A stretch of 64,000 nt of DNA, from NCBI GenBank assembly GCA_012295275.1, contig CM022665.1, forward strand, positions 21,638,001 to 21,702,000, in the 5' to 3' direction. Origin of the DNA: Chrysomallon squamiferum (taxonomy: Eukaryota; Animalia; Mollusca). Below are positions 15,404 through 38,676 of this stretch, one piece after another (the first letter of the stretch is position 1; each line of letters begins with the position of its first letter). The notes under the pieces are model-generated. The model searched no databases. It worked only from the letters and a program-made list of their open reading frames with translations, and had not been told where the DNA came from. The position numbers and the translations under genes were made by a program.

Positions 15404-18181
15404 GGGTAGGCGTGTGTTGTGTGTTATGTGTGTCTGGTATGTATATATGTTATGTGTGTCTGATATGTAAATGTACTTTCTTGTGTATGTGTGGTGTAAG
15501 CTTGGTATGTATGTGTACCTGGTGCAAATGTCATATGTCACGTGTGATAGGCATGCAGTATGTTGTGTGTTTGCCAAGGGTCATGGGATCAATCCCTCCT
15601 GGTAGACCCCCTCAGCTGTCTCATGTCTGCTGTCTATGGGATAATCATAGTGCATATAAAAGATCCCTTCCTACTAATAGGAAAAGATAATGCTTGAGGT
15701 GGCAGAAGGTTTCCTCTGTCATTATGTGAGTGATCCTTAACCAGACACCAAATACACTGAGATTCACAAAGAATAAAAATTAATTAACTTGGCAATGTTA
15801 CTGACTTACCCTCATTATTAACTCATTGTTGTGAATGTTGAAATGAGATTTAAGACTCTGTCTAATCATCTCTGCACTCTGATCTTCTCTAATTTTAAAA
15901 CATTCAGGTAACAAGTCCACAAATCCATCTGTGTCTGAAACATAAACAATCATTTGAAAGATAAACAATTTTCATTATCTGAAACATAAACATTATTTGA
16001 AACATAAACATCATCTGTATCTGAAACATAAACATCATTTGAAACATAAACATCCTCTGCATTTGAAACATAAACATCATCTGTGTCTGAAACATAAACA
16101 ATCATTTGAAAGATAAACAATTTTCATTATCTGAAACATAAACATCCTCTGCATTTGAAACATAAACATCCTCTGCATTTGAAACATAAACATCATCTAT
16201 ATCTGAAACATAAACATCCTCTGCATTTGAAACATAAACATCATCTGTGTCTGAAACATAAACAATCATTTGAAAGATAAACAATTTTCATTATCTGAAA
16301 CATAAACATCCTCTGCATTTGAAACATAAACATCATCTGTGTCTGAAACATGAACATCATCTATATCTGAAACATAAGCATCTTCATCATCTGAAACACA
16401 AATTTCATCTCTATCTGAAAAGTAAACATCATCTGTATCTGAAACATGAACATCCTCTGTATTTGTAATATCATCAGCATATGAAACATAAACATTTTAC
16501 TAAAACTTAATGAAACCCAATGTTCAAATTTACATTCATTGAATGAATGCAAATTTGTGAAGACTCATTCTTTTAAGGTCATTGGCCATTTTATACATTT
16601 TATTATTTTTTTTCATTTTATCATCTCTTTCCTTCTATTTCACCCCCTAGTTAATGTTGTAGGGTGGCTGACATTATCTCTATAATTACAAAAACAAATT
16701 TAAAATTTTTTTTTTTAAATTTAAAAAAAAAAAAACATCTGTCTAAATAAAATATAAAAACTATAACATGTTAATACAAACATCACAAGAACATACAAGT
16801 TAAATAAAATGTTTTTTGTCAATGTTTAGTCCATATTAAAAATGTATGTTATCTTATTACAATATTATGAATATTTTGATGTATTTTAATAAATTACATA
16901 TAGCAGTGATGAGACAGGACCACTGACTACTTGAAACAACTTTTACTGCCACCTATTTTATACATTTTTTACTAGTTATTTTATTGTTATTGTTAGTTAT
17001 TATTAGCATCACTTACTATTATTGTTGTTGTTTTTATTATATATTAGTATTGTAATTATTACTTAATTATTATTATTATTGTAATTATTTTTAAAGGTAA
17101 ATACAATTAAGATACACACAATACAGCTTCTCAAAGTACTGACCACACTGCAGTCATGTCATTGTACAAAATATCAAAATTAAAAGGTGTTTAATTTACT
17201 CTCTGAATGACTGAAAATTTTGGGGTGTACATGATACAGAATACTGTTTTCAAAAACATATGACAGATCAATGAATATCTGTAGGCTAATGATCAAATAC
17301 TATAAAAGGAATTTATATTCATGACGCAGACAGACATACAAATAAATGTACTGTTTTGGAGTCTTTTCAAAATGATAAAGTTTCAAAATCCAATTATGAT
17401 GTAAGTTTGGTTTCTGCATTATGAGATTTGTATGACACTTTTAATTATATCATCTGCATACTGATTTCCAAATAGAAAACAAATACTGATGTTAGTCATT
17501 ACTCATGTAATTAGTACTATATTAAGAAAGAAGAAAAACTTAAATCTATATGTAAAAGTGTTACATATTTGGACTTTATAAAATAAATTATATATATTTT
17601 ATTTTTTTTTGTGTTTATTTGTTTATGTTTATTTATTTATTTTATTGTATTTATTTTTAATAGACATCATGATTTATATATATATATATAACACAATCAC
17701 ACCAGGACTGAAAAATAATCCCATTTAATATCTTAAATACTGAAATAGTCGTGTCGATTTAATATTTCAAATACTTAAATAATCCTGTCAGCTTAGTATC
17801 TCAAATACTGAAAATAATCCAGTCATAAATAAAACAAAATCTGGAAATACATCAGTCTACTTGCTGTGGCGGAACAAAAAAATGGTCTAATAAAAATTAT
17901 TTCTATTATTCAATCTTATTATGTGATTATAAAGCGTCAACAATACAGTTATTTTGCTCGAAATAGTAAATTCTAATCATCTGACCAAATGGCCCGATTC
18001 ATGGTAACTTGCCGACAAAAGATTACCAATTTAAGAAACAGTGAGTTTTTTGCTGCCTATCCTAACATACGTAAGATGCTTTGTTTGTTTTTTCTTTTGT
18101 CGGTGATGTTAATTACCATCAGTAATCGTTACCTTTCAAATCAAAACGTTTCAGCTGAATCCAAATCTTTTTCTCTACCAT
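7273..18181 (-). CDS. Uncharacterised 174-aa protein, 7 coding exons, probable C-terminal coiled coil, ends WRGMFKRNPLW
   Basis: Exons 18133-18181, 15810-15934, 10634-10698, 10338-10375, 9910-9989, 9285-9347, 7273-7377. All introns are GT-AG with compatible phases. Translation: MVEKKIWIQLKRFDLKDTDGFVDLLPECFKIREDQSAEMIRQSLKSHFNIHNNELIMRLRNSKGFLVPVNGKLISNEKYEPYTLEIVRIYQHSHPLEWSPYKAPYDEAIRKQIKEITFRLEKLEAAAPELHHKRIEKINAEMADLDKKLGFINKRINEADSTHWRGMFKRNPLW*. Confidence 0.88.
8030..8175. repeat. Intronic minisatellite, about 24-bp unit (CTGTCTCAGTTATCCCAGACAAAT)
   Basis: About 6 tandem copies visible. Confidence 0.8.
13060..13730. repeat. Degenerate pentamer satellite (TACTA/TACAC)n
   Basis: About 670 bp of ctata/ctaca/ctgta pentamers; source of the spurious Tyr/Thr-rich ORFs. 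Confidence 0.9.
15575..15755 (+). mobile_element. Decayed tRNA-derived SINE, resembling mollusc Nin-domain/DeuSINE elements
   Basis: B-box-like GGGATCAATCCC, then TGCATATAAAAGATCCCTT...CTAAT...GAAAAG...GTGGCAG..GGTTTCCTCT...TCCTTAACCA. I recognise this from memory as a Nin-SINE core; not verified by search. Confidence 0.6.
15925..16495. repeat. Minisatellite (about 18-24-bp unit, core TGAAACATAAACA) derived from the exon-2 splice acceptor of the 174-aa gene
   Basis: On the minus strand the unit ATGTTTATGTTTCAG|ACACAGATG matches the real acceptor plus exon start at 15934. About 20 or more variant copies. Confidence 0.9.
17695..17907. repeat. About 215-bp duplicate of 20406-20630 (SDR exon-8 acceptor plus intron)
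   Basis: Near-identical AATCACACCAGGACTGAAAAATAATCCC...GGTCTAATAAAAATTATTTCTATT at both positions. Confidence 0.92.
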
Positions 18182-18503
18182 CTTGATGCAAAAAAATGTT
18201 TACAATGGAGAGTTTGTTAAGGGAAATAACTCTAACAGTTTTATATTTTGACAGGGATTAGGTTCAAAAAGAAATAATTTTGACAGCTGGTATAATCTAA
18301 ATGATTTTAATATAACAATTCGACTACGAAATTAAAATAAGATCAAAACATTTTGTTTCATTTAAAAATAAAAAAATAAAAATGCAGAGACATAATTCAT
18401 TATAAACAGATGGAAGAACAAAATGTAAACCTACGAATGTAAAGGAACTGTAATAAATTAAATACAGCTGATGTAGTAATGAAATACTCTTTATGAACCT
18501 GGC

Positions 18504-18557
<54 letters not shown>

Positions 18558-19223
18558 CTGTGTGTGCGTGAGTGCGTGCGTGTTACAGCAAAAATGTATA
18601 ATTCCTGAAATGTGCAGAAAATATGTATAAATTCTGATTCATCCAGGAAACTGACATTGCAAATGCTGCAAGTAGACCATCCTCTAACTGCAGTTGATGG
18701 GGAATTTCATGAGGGAGGCTAAATGATAACAGGCTAGTGCAAGCATTATTACTGTTGTTGTTGTTTTATGTTTGATAGCATCTTTCAGCTAACGTGATTA
18801 CGTTCATAATTTAATTGCTACTAATAAATGAAGATACCAAAATATAAAACACAGTACTGATTGCTTTTATAATATAACTACCATACATGATCATATTTTA
18901 ACTGTTTTAATATTTTCTAATATTCATCTGAAATGAATTAAATTCTGATAAGAGATTTAGCTAAAACGGCGCTAGTTCAGGACAAAAAATAATAAATTTA
19001 ATCTAAACGTGATACAAAGGTAGGTGCCTACAATTATTTACTATATGTACAGGTTTAAGTAGTCAGTCAACAAATGGATTAATCTTATGGTGTAATACAG
19101 TAATTTCATAAATTAGGATAATTTATTTACTAAATTGTAAACATAGTAATAACTGTACTGTAAAATAATTCAGGTTTTGGGGGTGTTTCTTCTTCTTCTT
19201 CTTCTTCTTCTTATTATTATTAT

Positions 19224-19270
<47 letters not shown>

Positions 19271-19631
19271 ATAATAATACTAGTATTAGTATTATATTTC
19301 AGTTTCAATATGTGTTTAAGGGGATTAATAGACGTGGGTCTTCTTGGATTATTTACGATCGTTTTTAGGAATTAAACTTTCTTCCATTGTCGACTGGTAT
19401 CTGTATTTCTTAAACAAACAAACAAACACACAAACAAACAAACAAATAAATACATAAGTATATATTTAAAAATAATAATAAAGGTCTCACACACAACTAG
19501 TGATGCTTGACGACTAACTGGTCTTATCAACATATATCACTGTATGATCCTCACTTATTTCGTCAGTGTAAGTCAATAAATAAAATAAAATAAAATAAAA
19601 TGAAAATAAGTTCTGTATATTCCCCCCCCCC

Positions 19632-19663
<32 letters not shown>

Positions 19664-19853
19664 ATATTAATGCCATTATCAAACATGCAAGTACAATAAG
19701 AATAATCTAAAAAGTAACATTAACATTTTAAAATTTTTATTCGAAGATAAATATTATTAAAATTTTGCACGCTAGTGATTAGATGACACCTTTCAGAAAC
19801 AAAATGTAATTTTTAAAATTTTATTTATTTTTATTTTTGTATTATTTCCAAGT

Positions 19854-24482
<4,629 letters not shown>

Positions 24483-24735
24483 TCCCTTGACCCACTTTTC
24501 CTACTTCTGGGTGCCAATTTCTTACGCATGATCGAAATGTAAATACAGAGTAAAAGATCGATTATTTATTAATCTCGATCGATCGACGATCAATATTTTT
24601 TGTCTGTTGCATTATAACTTTTTAATATTTCAAACTAATATATTAAATTGGTTATTTCAAAATATAACTTTCGTTCTTTAGAAAATAATTATAATACTTT
24701 GAGAAAACCCCTAAAATTTGTCCCGATCAATCGTA
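24483..24735. promoter_or_regulatory. Putative bidirectional promoter between the two SDR start codons (253 bp)
   Basis: Divergent ATGs at 24482 (-) and 24736 (+); cluster of GATCGA/TCGATC words. Confidence 0.7.
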
Positions 24736-30276
<5,541 letters not shown>

Positions 30277-31203
30277 AACCACTCACAAAAACTGTTTGCA
30301 CAATATAAGAAAAAAACAAAGAAAAAATAACAACAACAATAATAACAATAAGAAGAAAAAGCCATGTAATGACCAAAAGGAAAAAGGTTACGATACAATG
30401 TGCATCTATATAATTATAATGAAATGTTGCTAAGGAATACTTGTATGTATGTGCATATGTACATACATGCATATACAAATGATATCTATAATTTTGTTTT
30501 AGTATTCATGTTAATATACATACAGAAATAAAGTTACGAGAATCACAAAGTTAGTTTGCTAACTTTTTATTTATTTATTTTTTTGTATTTATATATACTT
30601 GCTTACTTACTTATTTTCTTATTTATATTTGTTTCTTTATATATAACATATGTACAAACAACAATCTGACACACACACACACATATAAATCTCGAATGAC
30701 GATATAATTAGTAAATAAATAAAATTTTAAAAATGCTCAACAAAGAAACGGGAAAGTCTACTAAACACTATTTTAGAATTATAGGTTATACCCATGTTAT
30801 AATGTTTAAATGTTATCTACTTTTTAGGTAAATAAATTAAATACTACTATTAATAATGATGAAAGAAAAGATGTAGGTTTTCTGTTTTCATTTCAGTTTA
30901 TAACAACATCTTATATAACTAACCAATACGGCAATAGTGACATTTCCGTGCAGAAGTCGAATGGAAAATATTATTTCCCTTACATAAACATTTATTTTTT
31001 GTTTGTTTGTTTGCTTGTTTTTGTTTTGTTTTATTCATTACACTGCATTCATTGATTGTTATGTCATGTGCACTCATATGCATGATAATGCTTAATAAAA
31101 TTTCATGATGGATTTCTGAATGGATGTGCCTCGACAGTGAAGAAGATAGTGCATCGGTTTCGTAAACAAATTCTGACCGGAATTCCCATCTCTTTCGCTA
31201 CAC

Positions 31204-32370
31204 TCATATGATGATTCTTCCATCCTCCAAACGCACCAGAGTAGGAACGCTATTGCTTGTGGGTGACGACCGTTTCCCATCTAATGCAGCACAAAAAAGA
31301 CCCCGGATGTAGCTTTCCCTGTATTGCCATTCCTGAGCCTCTTTTTCAATACGTTGTGCCTCCTCACGCGTCGTTAAAAGTCGTTCGTCTGTTTTTTCTA
31401 ACAGATTTTCAAGATGGACAGTTCTCTTGAACAGACTGCTTAATTCTGATGTACAATCGTCTTCTTCTTCATCATCATTTTCTTCTTCTATAAATAAATA
31501 AATAAATAAATACAAAAAAATAAATAAATAAATAAATAAATAAAAGAAAATAAAATAAATTTAAAACAGAACTTAACATAAATATAAAGTAATACTCTTT
31601 TCTTGAAAATTTTTATTATTGAAGTGTTAATGAATCTTTCATGTCTTAATAAAAATATTTCCGTATAATTTCGTACACGCATAAAATATTTCCTAATCAT
31701 TTACAGAAGTAAACTTAACATTTTAAACTTTATTTTTATTTCTAATTTCTTTTTTTTTTTTCATCCAGTACATATAAAACATACTATTCCACCCGGTATA
31801 CATTATATAAAATATATAACGTGTGTGTGTGTTTGAATATTATTCATTCCATTGACGTCAAGCTTTTAATATAAATCAGCAACATTACATATATCGTTAT
31901 CAGCTGTATTATCGTTGCTGCTGTTGCTACTACTACTACTACTACCATTAGACTTAGTGATGTTCTTGTTGCTACTACTATTATTACGACTATTACTACT
32001 ACTGGTACTACTGCTAGTACTAGTTCTATAACTATTTTTTTACTACTGGTATTACAGTCACTTTTTGCTTCTAGTAACACTACTATTGCCTATGTAACAA
32101 CTACAACTGTAGTGTTAAACTACTACAATAGTGCTGTTACTATTATTACTACTACTACAACAATACTACTACTTCTACTACTACTGAAACTACTACAACT
32201 AATACTACTATCATTACACCACTGTGACTATTACTAGTATTACTACTATCACTACTACTACAGCATGAAGATCACTTGTCCGAAATTCCATAATCCGAAA
32301 AGGTACCAAATCCGAAACAATTTCCAACCAGCAGAAACAGTGATATCTTAAACATTTTGGATTGTTTTTC

Positions 32371-32420
<50 letters not shown>

Positions 32421-35293
32421 TAAGCTATCAGTATATTAACTTTGTTTTCTTGTGAGGCGCAAGCATACAGTCAATTCTGACGTAGAGATAATAATAGACG
32501 TTGGTCACGGAAACAATAATAACAATATTTTAACGACACCTACCGGGAGACAGTAAAAATAAATTTGAGCTATTGCACAACACTGAGATAACAAAACACT
32601 TTTCATGTAAGGAAAGCCCCCAGATCCCTATGCAGCGTAGGCGCTATTAATAGATTACTTTTCGCATTTGGGAAAACCCGATTTAAAAATAAGAACGATA
32701 AATAAAATAAAATAAATTAAAATAAAAAACAACGTTTATAAATAAATAAAAAATTACTGATGTTCAGTTAAATAGAAATAAACAAAAATAAACAACTCAA
32801 GATGAAAACCACATTAAACGAATGGGGTATTGGTTTATAAATAATATTTATTATACACGTTAACAGATAAAATTTATTATTTTTAGGAAACTATATTTAC
32901 TTTTAGTTGGTTTTTCCAAAATCCCTTTCAGTTTTAATCTATAAAACCGAAGGCAAAACATCACGTAAACATTTACTATTACTGATCGCTACAAAGACGG
33001 TTGTCAATAATAACACTAATTTTACAGTTATGAAAATGGGATTGTACAACAAACAAACGCTACTGCCAAAGGATCTTTTACGAAGACTGAACTCGATTGA
33101 CCCATGTAGCCTGGAATTCAAAATTCTTTTATTTTATGTGATGTATACAACGGGCCTTGACAGCGTTGAACGACCAAAATGTTGTGTTACCGTTTCTCAA
33201 ATACAGGGAGAGGATATGAGATGGTTTCACAGCAGTGGTTCAGGAAACCACGCAGAAGAGTTCATGGTGCAGTCATGGAAAGAATTTATAGAACAGTCTA
33301 AGAGGCATCGTGTAACCATCAGAGTTTTCCAGAATTACAGCCCGTGTGGGAAATGTTGTGACTTGATAACTGACTTTGTCAAGAAGATGAGAGACAAGGG
33401 AATCACTGTGAAAATCAGAATAACATTTGCTGGGTTATATAAGATAAACAAGAATCTACGAAATCCTCAAGGTTATAAGAATCACTTCACTCTGGAGATG
33501 CACCAGAAAAATGTTCGAGGTCTGCAGCGAGTAACTCAGTATATACAGCTGACTTCATTTGAAAATGACGACTGGGAGGAGTTAAAAACTTTACTGAACT
33601 TAAATGGTTATTTATATCCCATAGAATTAGATCTACGTCTTGAAAGAAAGACAACTGATATACTGAACAAAAAAATTCTGTATTCTTGTTACACACGAAA
33701 TTCAGAATACAGAAATAAACTCCAAAATAAATATATATAATGTTCAATGAATTAATTATTGCATTTATTATGCGAATTAATAATTATATTCTTTATACGA
33801 ATTAGTAATTGGATTTTTATATGAATTAGATTGTATAATAATTGTTTTCGTTACATGAATGAATAATTGTATTTATTATTTGAATTAATTATTGCATTTA
33901 CTAAGCGAATTAACACGAATTTTTTAAACGAATTAGTTATACATATCTATAGTTGTATAATTATTCTATTTGTTATATGAATGAATAACTAATTATTTAT
34001 GAATAAATAATTGTATTTTTTATGTGAACGAATATATGCTATACATGAATATTTGTATTTTGTCTTGTGAAGGAATATATGGCATAAAAATTAATAATTG
34101 TATGTCATATACATATATAATTTCATTTGTTGTAAGAATGAACAGCTGTATTAAACTCATCAATGTATAATATTTGTATTTGAGAAAAGTGTAAATAAAT
34201 GTTATTTGTGACATATGTATTACATATGTAGTATTATAATTAGCTGATATAACTGTTGCATGAATTAATGTGTGTTTTGTAAATATGGACATAGGTCCAA
34301 TGATTTAGTTTTTCATGTTATTTAGATGTATTATTATAATTAAGTAATATAACTGTAGTCTGAATTAATGTATGTGTTATAATGAAGGACAAAGGTTTAG
34401 TTTTTCATGTTATTTAAATTATTGTCAGGTAGTTTTAGTGTTGGATATATCTAACTTGCATGTTAAACTATTTGTATATTTTCAATAAATACTCTTTTTT
34501 TCTACGTATATTTGTTATTTTTGTTGTGAAATTGTTAATAAAACAGATGCTTATGATGATAACGACAACAGCAGCAGCAGATAGTTAATATCAAAAAATA
34601 TCTAAAACGTCTAAAATTGCCTGCTTTAAGAAATCAAGATATGAACAGAATACATTAAAATGAACATAATTAGTAAAAAAGTTAAATGGCTCAGTTAAAA
34701 TGAATACAAAGTTTTCATGTGTCTTGTGTCATAATGTTACCATGGTAATCTCAGATCTATATACTCAGTACATACTGCAGTCTTTATTTAGAAAACATGA
34801 CTGGGAGGAGTTAAAAACGTAACTGAATTCGTACCTCTAAAACAAACAAACAGAAAAAAAAAAAAAAAAAAAAAAATAAAACAAATAAAAAAAAAAAAGA
34901 GAAGCAAATATAAAAAAGGAATAAAAGAATAAAAAAAATTAAAATAAATAAATAATGAAAAAAAGAGACACACTATCCAAATAAATAAATAAATAATTTA
35001 AAATAAAATAAAATAAAATAAAATAAATTTGAAACAGAACTTAACATAAATATATAGTAATTCTCTCTTCTTGAAAATTATTTTTATTATTAAAGTTTTA
35101 ATGAGTCTTTCATGTCCAAATAAAAATATTTCCGTATAATTTCGTAACATATATAAAATATTTCGTAATTATTTACAGAAGTATACGTAACATTTTAAAC
35201 ATTTTTTTCATCTAGTAAATATAAAGTATACTGTTCCACGAGGTATACTTTATAATAAATATATAACGTGTGTGTGTGTGTTTACAGAATAAT

Positions 35294-35331
<38 letters not shown>

Positions 35332-35440
35332 TTTCAATATTATTCATTCCACTGACGTCAAGCTTTTAATATGAATCAGCAGAGTTACGTATATCTTTAC
35401 CAGTTTATTATCTTTGCTGCTGCTGCTGCTGCTGCTGCTG

Positions 35441-35471
<31 letters not shown>

Positions 35472-38018
35472 AATACTACTACTGATGTCGTTGCTGCTAT
35501 TACTACTATTACGACGTTTCATGTAAGGAAAGCCCTCGGATTCCGTATGCAGCGTAGCCGCTATTAATAGATTACTTTAAGCATTTGGGGAAACCCGATT
35601 TAAAAATAAGAACGATAAATAAAATAAAATAAATAAAAATAAAAAACAACGTTTATCAATTAAAAAAAAATTACTGATGTTCAGTTAAATAGAAATAAAC
35701 AAAAATAAACAACTCAAGATGAAAACCACAATAAACGAATGGGGTATTGGTTTATAAATAATATTTATTACACACGTTAACAGATAAAATTTATTATTTT
35801 TAGGTAACTATATTTACTTTTAGTTGGTTTTTCCAAAATCCCTTTCAGTTTTAATCTATAAAACCGAAGGCAAAACATCACGTAAACATTTACTATTACT
35901 GATCGCTACAAAGACGGTTGTCAATAATAACACTAATTTTACAGTTATGAAAATGGGATTGTACAACAAACAAACGCTACTGCCAAAGGATCTTTTACGA
36001 AGACTGAACTCGATTGACCCACGTAGCCCGGAATTTAAAACTCTTTTATTTCATGTGATGATTACAACGGGCCTTCACAGCGTTGAACGACCAAAATGCT
36101 GTGTTACCGTTTCTCAAATACAGGGAGATGATATGAGATGGTTTCACAGCAGTGGTTCAGGAAACCACGCAGAAGAGTTCATGGTGCAGTCATGGAAAGA
36201 ATTTATAGAACAGTCTAAGAGGCATCGTGTAACCATCAGAGTTTTCCAGAATTACAGCCCGTGTGGGAAATGTTGTGACTTGATAACTGACTTTGTCAAG
36301 AAGATGAGAGACAAGGGAATCACTGTGAATATCAAAATAACATTTGCTGGATTATATAAGATAAACAAGAATCTACGAAATCCTCAAGGTTATAAGAATC
36401 ACTTCACTCTGGAGGACCACCTGGAAAATGTTCGAGGTCTGCAGCGAGTAACTCAGAAAATACAGCTGACTTCATTTGGAAATGACGACTGGGAGGAGTT
36501 AAAAACTTTACTGAACTTAAATGATTATTTATATCCCATAGAATTAGATCTACGTCTTGAAAGAAAGATAACTGATATACTGAACAAGATAATTCTGTAT
36601 TTAATTACACACGAAATATAGAAATAAACTCCAAAATAAATATATATAATGTTCAATGAATTAATTATTGCATTTATTATGCGAATTAATAATTATATTT
36701 TTTATACGAATTAGTAATTGGATTTTTATATGAATTAAATTGTATAATAATTGTTTTCGTTACATGAATGAATAATTGTATTTATTATTTGAATTAATTA
36801 TTGCATTTACTAAGCGAATTACACGAATTTTTTAAACGAATTATTTTTACATATCTATAGTTGTATAATTATTCTATTTGTTATATGAATGAATAACTAA
36901 TTATTTATGAATGAATAACTAATTATTTATGAATAAATAATTGTATTTTTTATGTGAATGAATATATGCTATACAAATGAATATTTGTATTTTGTCTTGT
37001 GAAGGAATATATGGCATAAAAATTAATAATTGTATGTCATATACATATATAATTTCATTTGTTGTAAGAATGAACAGCTGTATTAAACTCATCAATGTAT
37101 AATATTTGTATTTGAGAAAAGTGTAAATAAATGTTATTTGTGACATATGTATTACATATGTAGTATTATAATTAGCTGATATAACTGTTGCATGAATTAA
37201 TGTGTGTTTTGTAAATATGGACATAGGTCCAGTGATTTAGTTTTTCATGTTATTTAGGTGTATTATTATAATTAACTAATATAACTGTAGTCTGAATTAA
37301 TGTATGTGTTTTAAAGAAGGACAAAGGTTTAGTTTTTCCTGTTATTTAAATTATTGTCAGGTAGTTTTAGTGTTCGACATATCTAACTTGCATGTTAAAC
37401 TATTTGTACATTTTCAATAAATACTCTTTTTTTTCTACGTATATTTGTTATTTTTGTTAAGAGTTAATAATAAAAATATCTAAAACATCTGCTTGAAGAT
37501 ATCAAGATATGAATAGAATACATCAAAATAAGCATAATTAGTAAAAAAAAAAAATAAAAATAAAGTTAAATGAATCACTGAAAATCAACACAAAGTTTCA
37601 ATGTGTCTTGTGTCATAATGTTACCATGGTAATCTCAGATCTATATACTCAGTACACACTGCAGTCTTTATTTGGAAAACATGACTGGGAGGAATTAAAA
37701 ACGTTACTGAATTTCTACCTCTAAAAAAACCCCAAAAGAACTGTACAAAAACAAATAAAAAATAAAAAGAGAAGCAAATATAAAAAAGGAATAAAAGAAT
37801 AAAAAAATAAATAAAATAAAATAAAATAAAATAATATTCTTTTCTTGAAACTTATTTTTATTATTAAAGTGTTAATGAATCTTTCATGTCTAAATAAAAA
37901 TATATACGTATAATTTCGTAACATATATAAAATAATAATAATAATAACAACAATAACAATCAGAAGGACAACAACAACAATAATAATAACAATAAGAACA
38001 ACTACAACAAAAATAGGC

Positions 38019-38059
<41 letters not shown>

Positions 38060-38640
38060 TAAGCTATCAGTATATTAAACTAATAAAATTAAACTATGAG
38101 TATATCTGTGTAAACATCGTGTATCAGAACGGGAATTTCAGTATCAGATGAACCACTGCAAATACTGATTTCTACTGAACTGTTCAGTCTTGGATATAGA
38201 AAGCATTTATATCAAATACAAACATAATTATTATTTACTAATGTAGACTAGATATGAACTATACGTAACCGTTCTGAGACAGACATATGAACGGAAACCG
38301 TTCGTAATGGTTGGCTGCTTGTAATGTAACTTAATAATAATTCACCTGTTAATAATAATATTATTAGAAATTTAAGTTTCGTAGCCGTAACGTTTTATTA
38401 AGTTATGGAAATACGCTATGGAAACGTGACGATAACGTAACAACAATATTATTATAGCGTAATACTGTTTAATGAGTAGCTTCTTTAATTTCACTCCAGT
38501 AGTTGTAATGTGTTAAATATATTTGATTTGTGGGTTAAGACATTCGTACCTTTAAAAAAAAAAATAATAATAATAATAAAAAATAAATAATTAAACAAAC
38601 AAAACACATACAAATAAAGAATTAAAAAGAGAAGGATATA

Positions 38641-38676
<36 letters not shown>

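Noticed and set aside
15925-16495. Regular repeat arrays here and at 23335-23640 as possible CRISPR arrays
   Set aside because: No unique spacers, no cas genes, eukaryotic intronic context; these are tandem minisatellites.
32907-33029. N-terminal extensions MVFPKSLSVL... in the ORF track for copies 1, 2 and 5
   Set aside because: They start at non-ATG codons, overlap the TATA and ISRE motifs, and are disrupted in copy 3; more likely promoter and 5-prime UTR.
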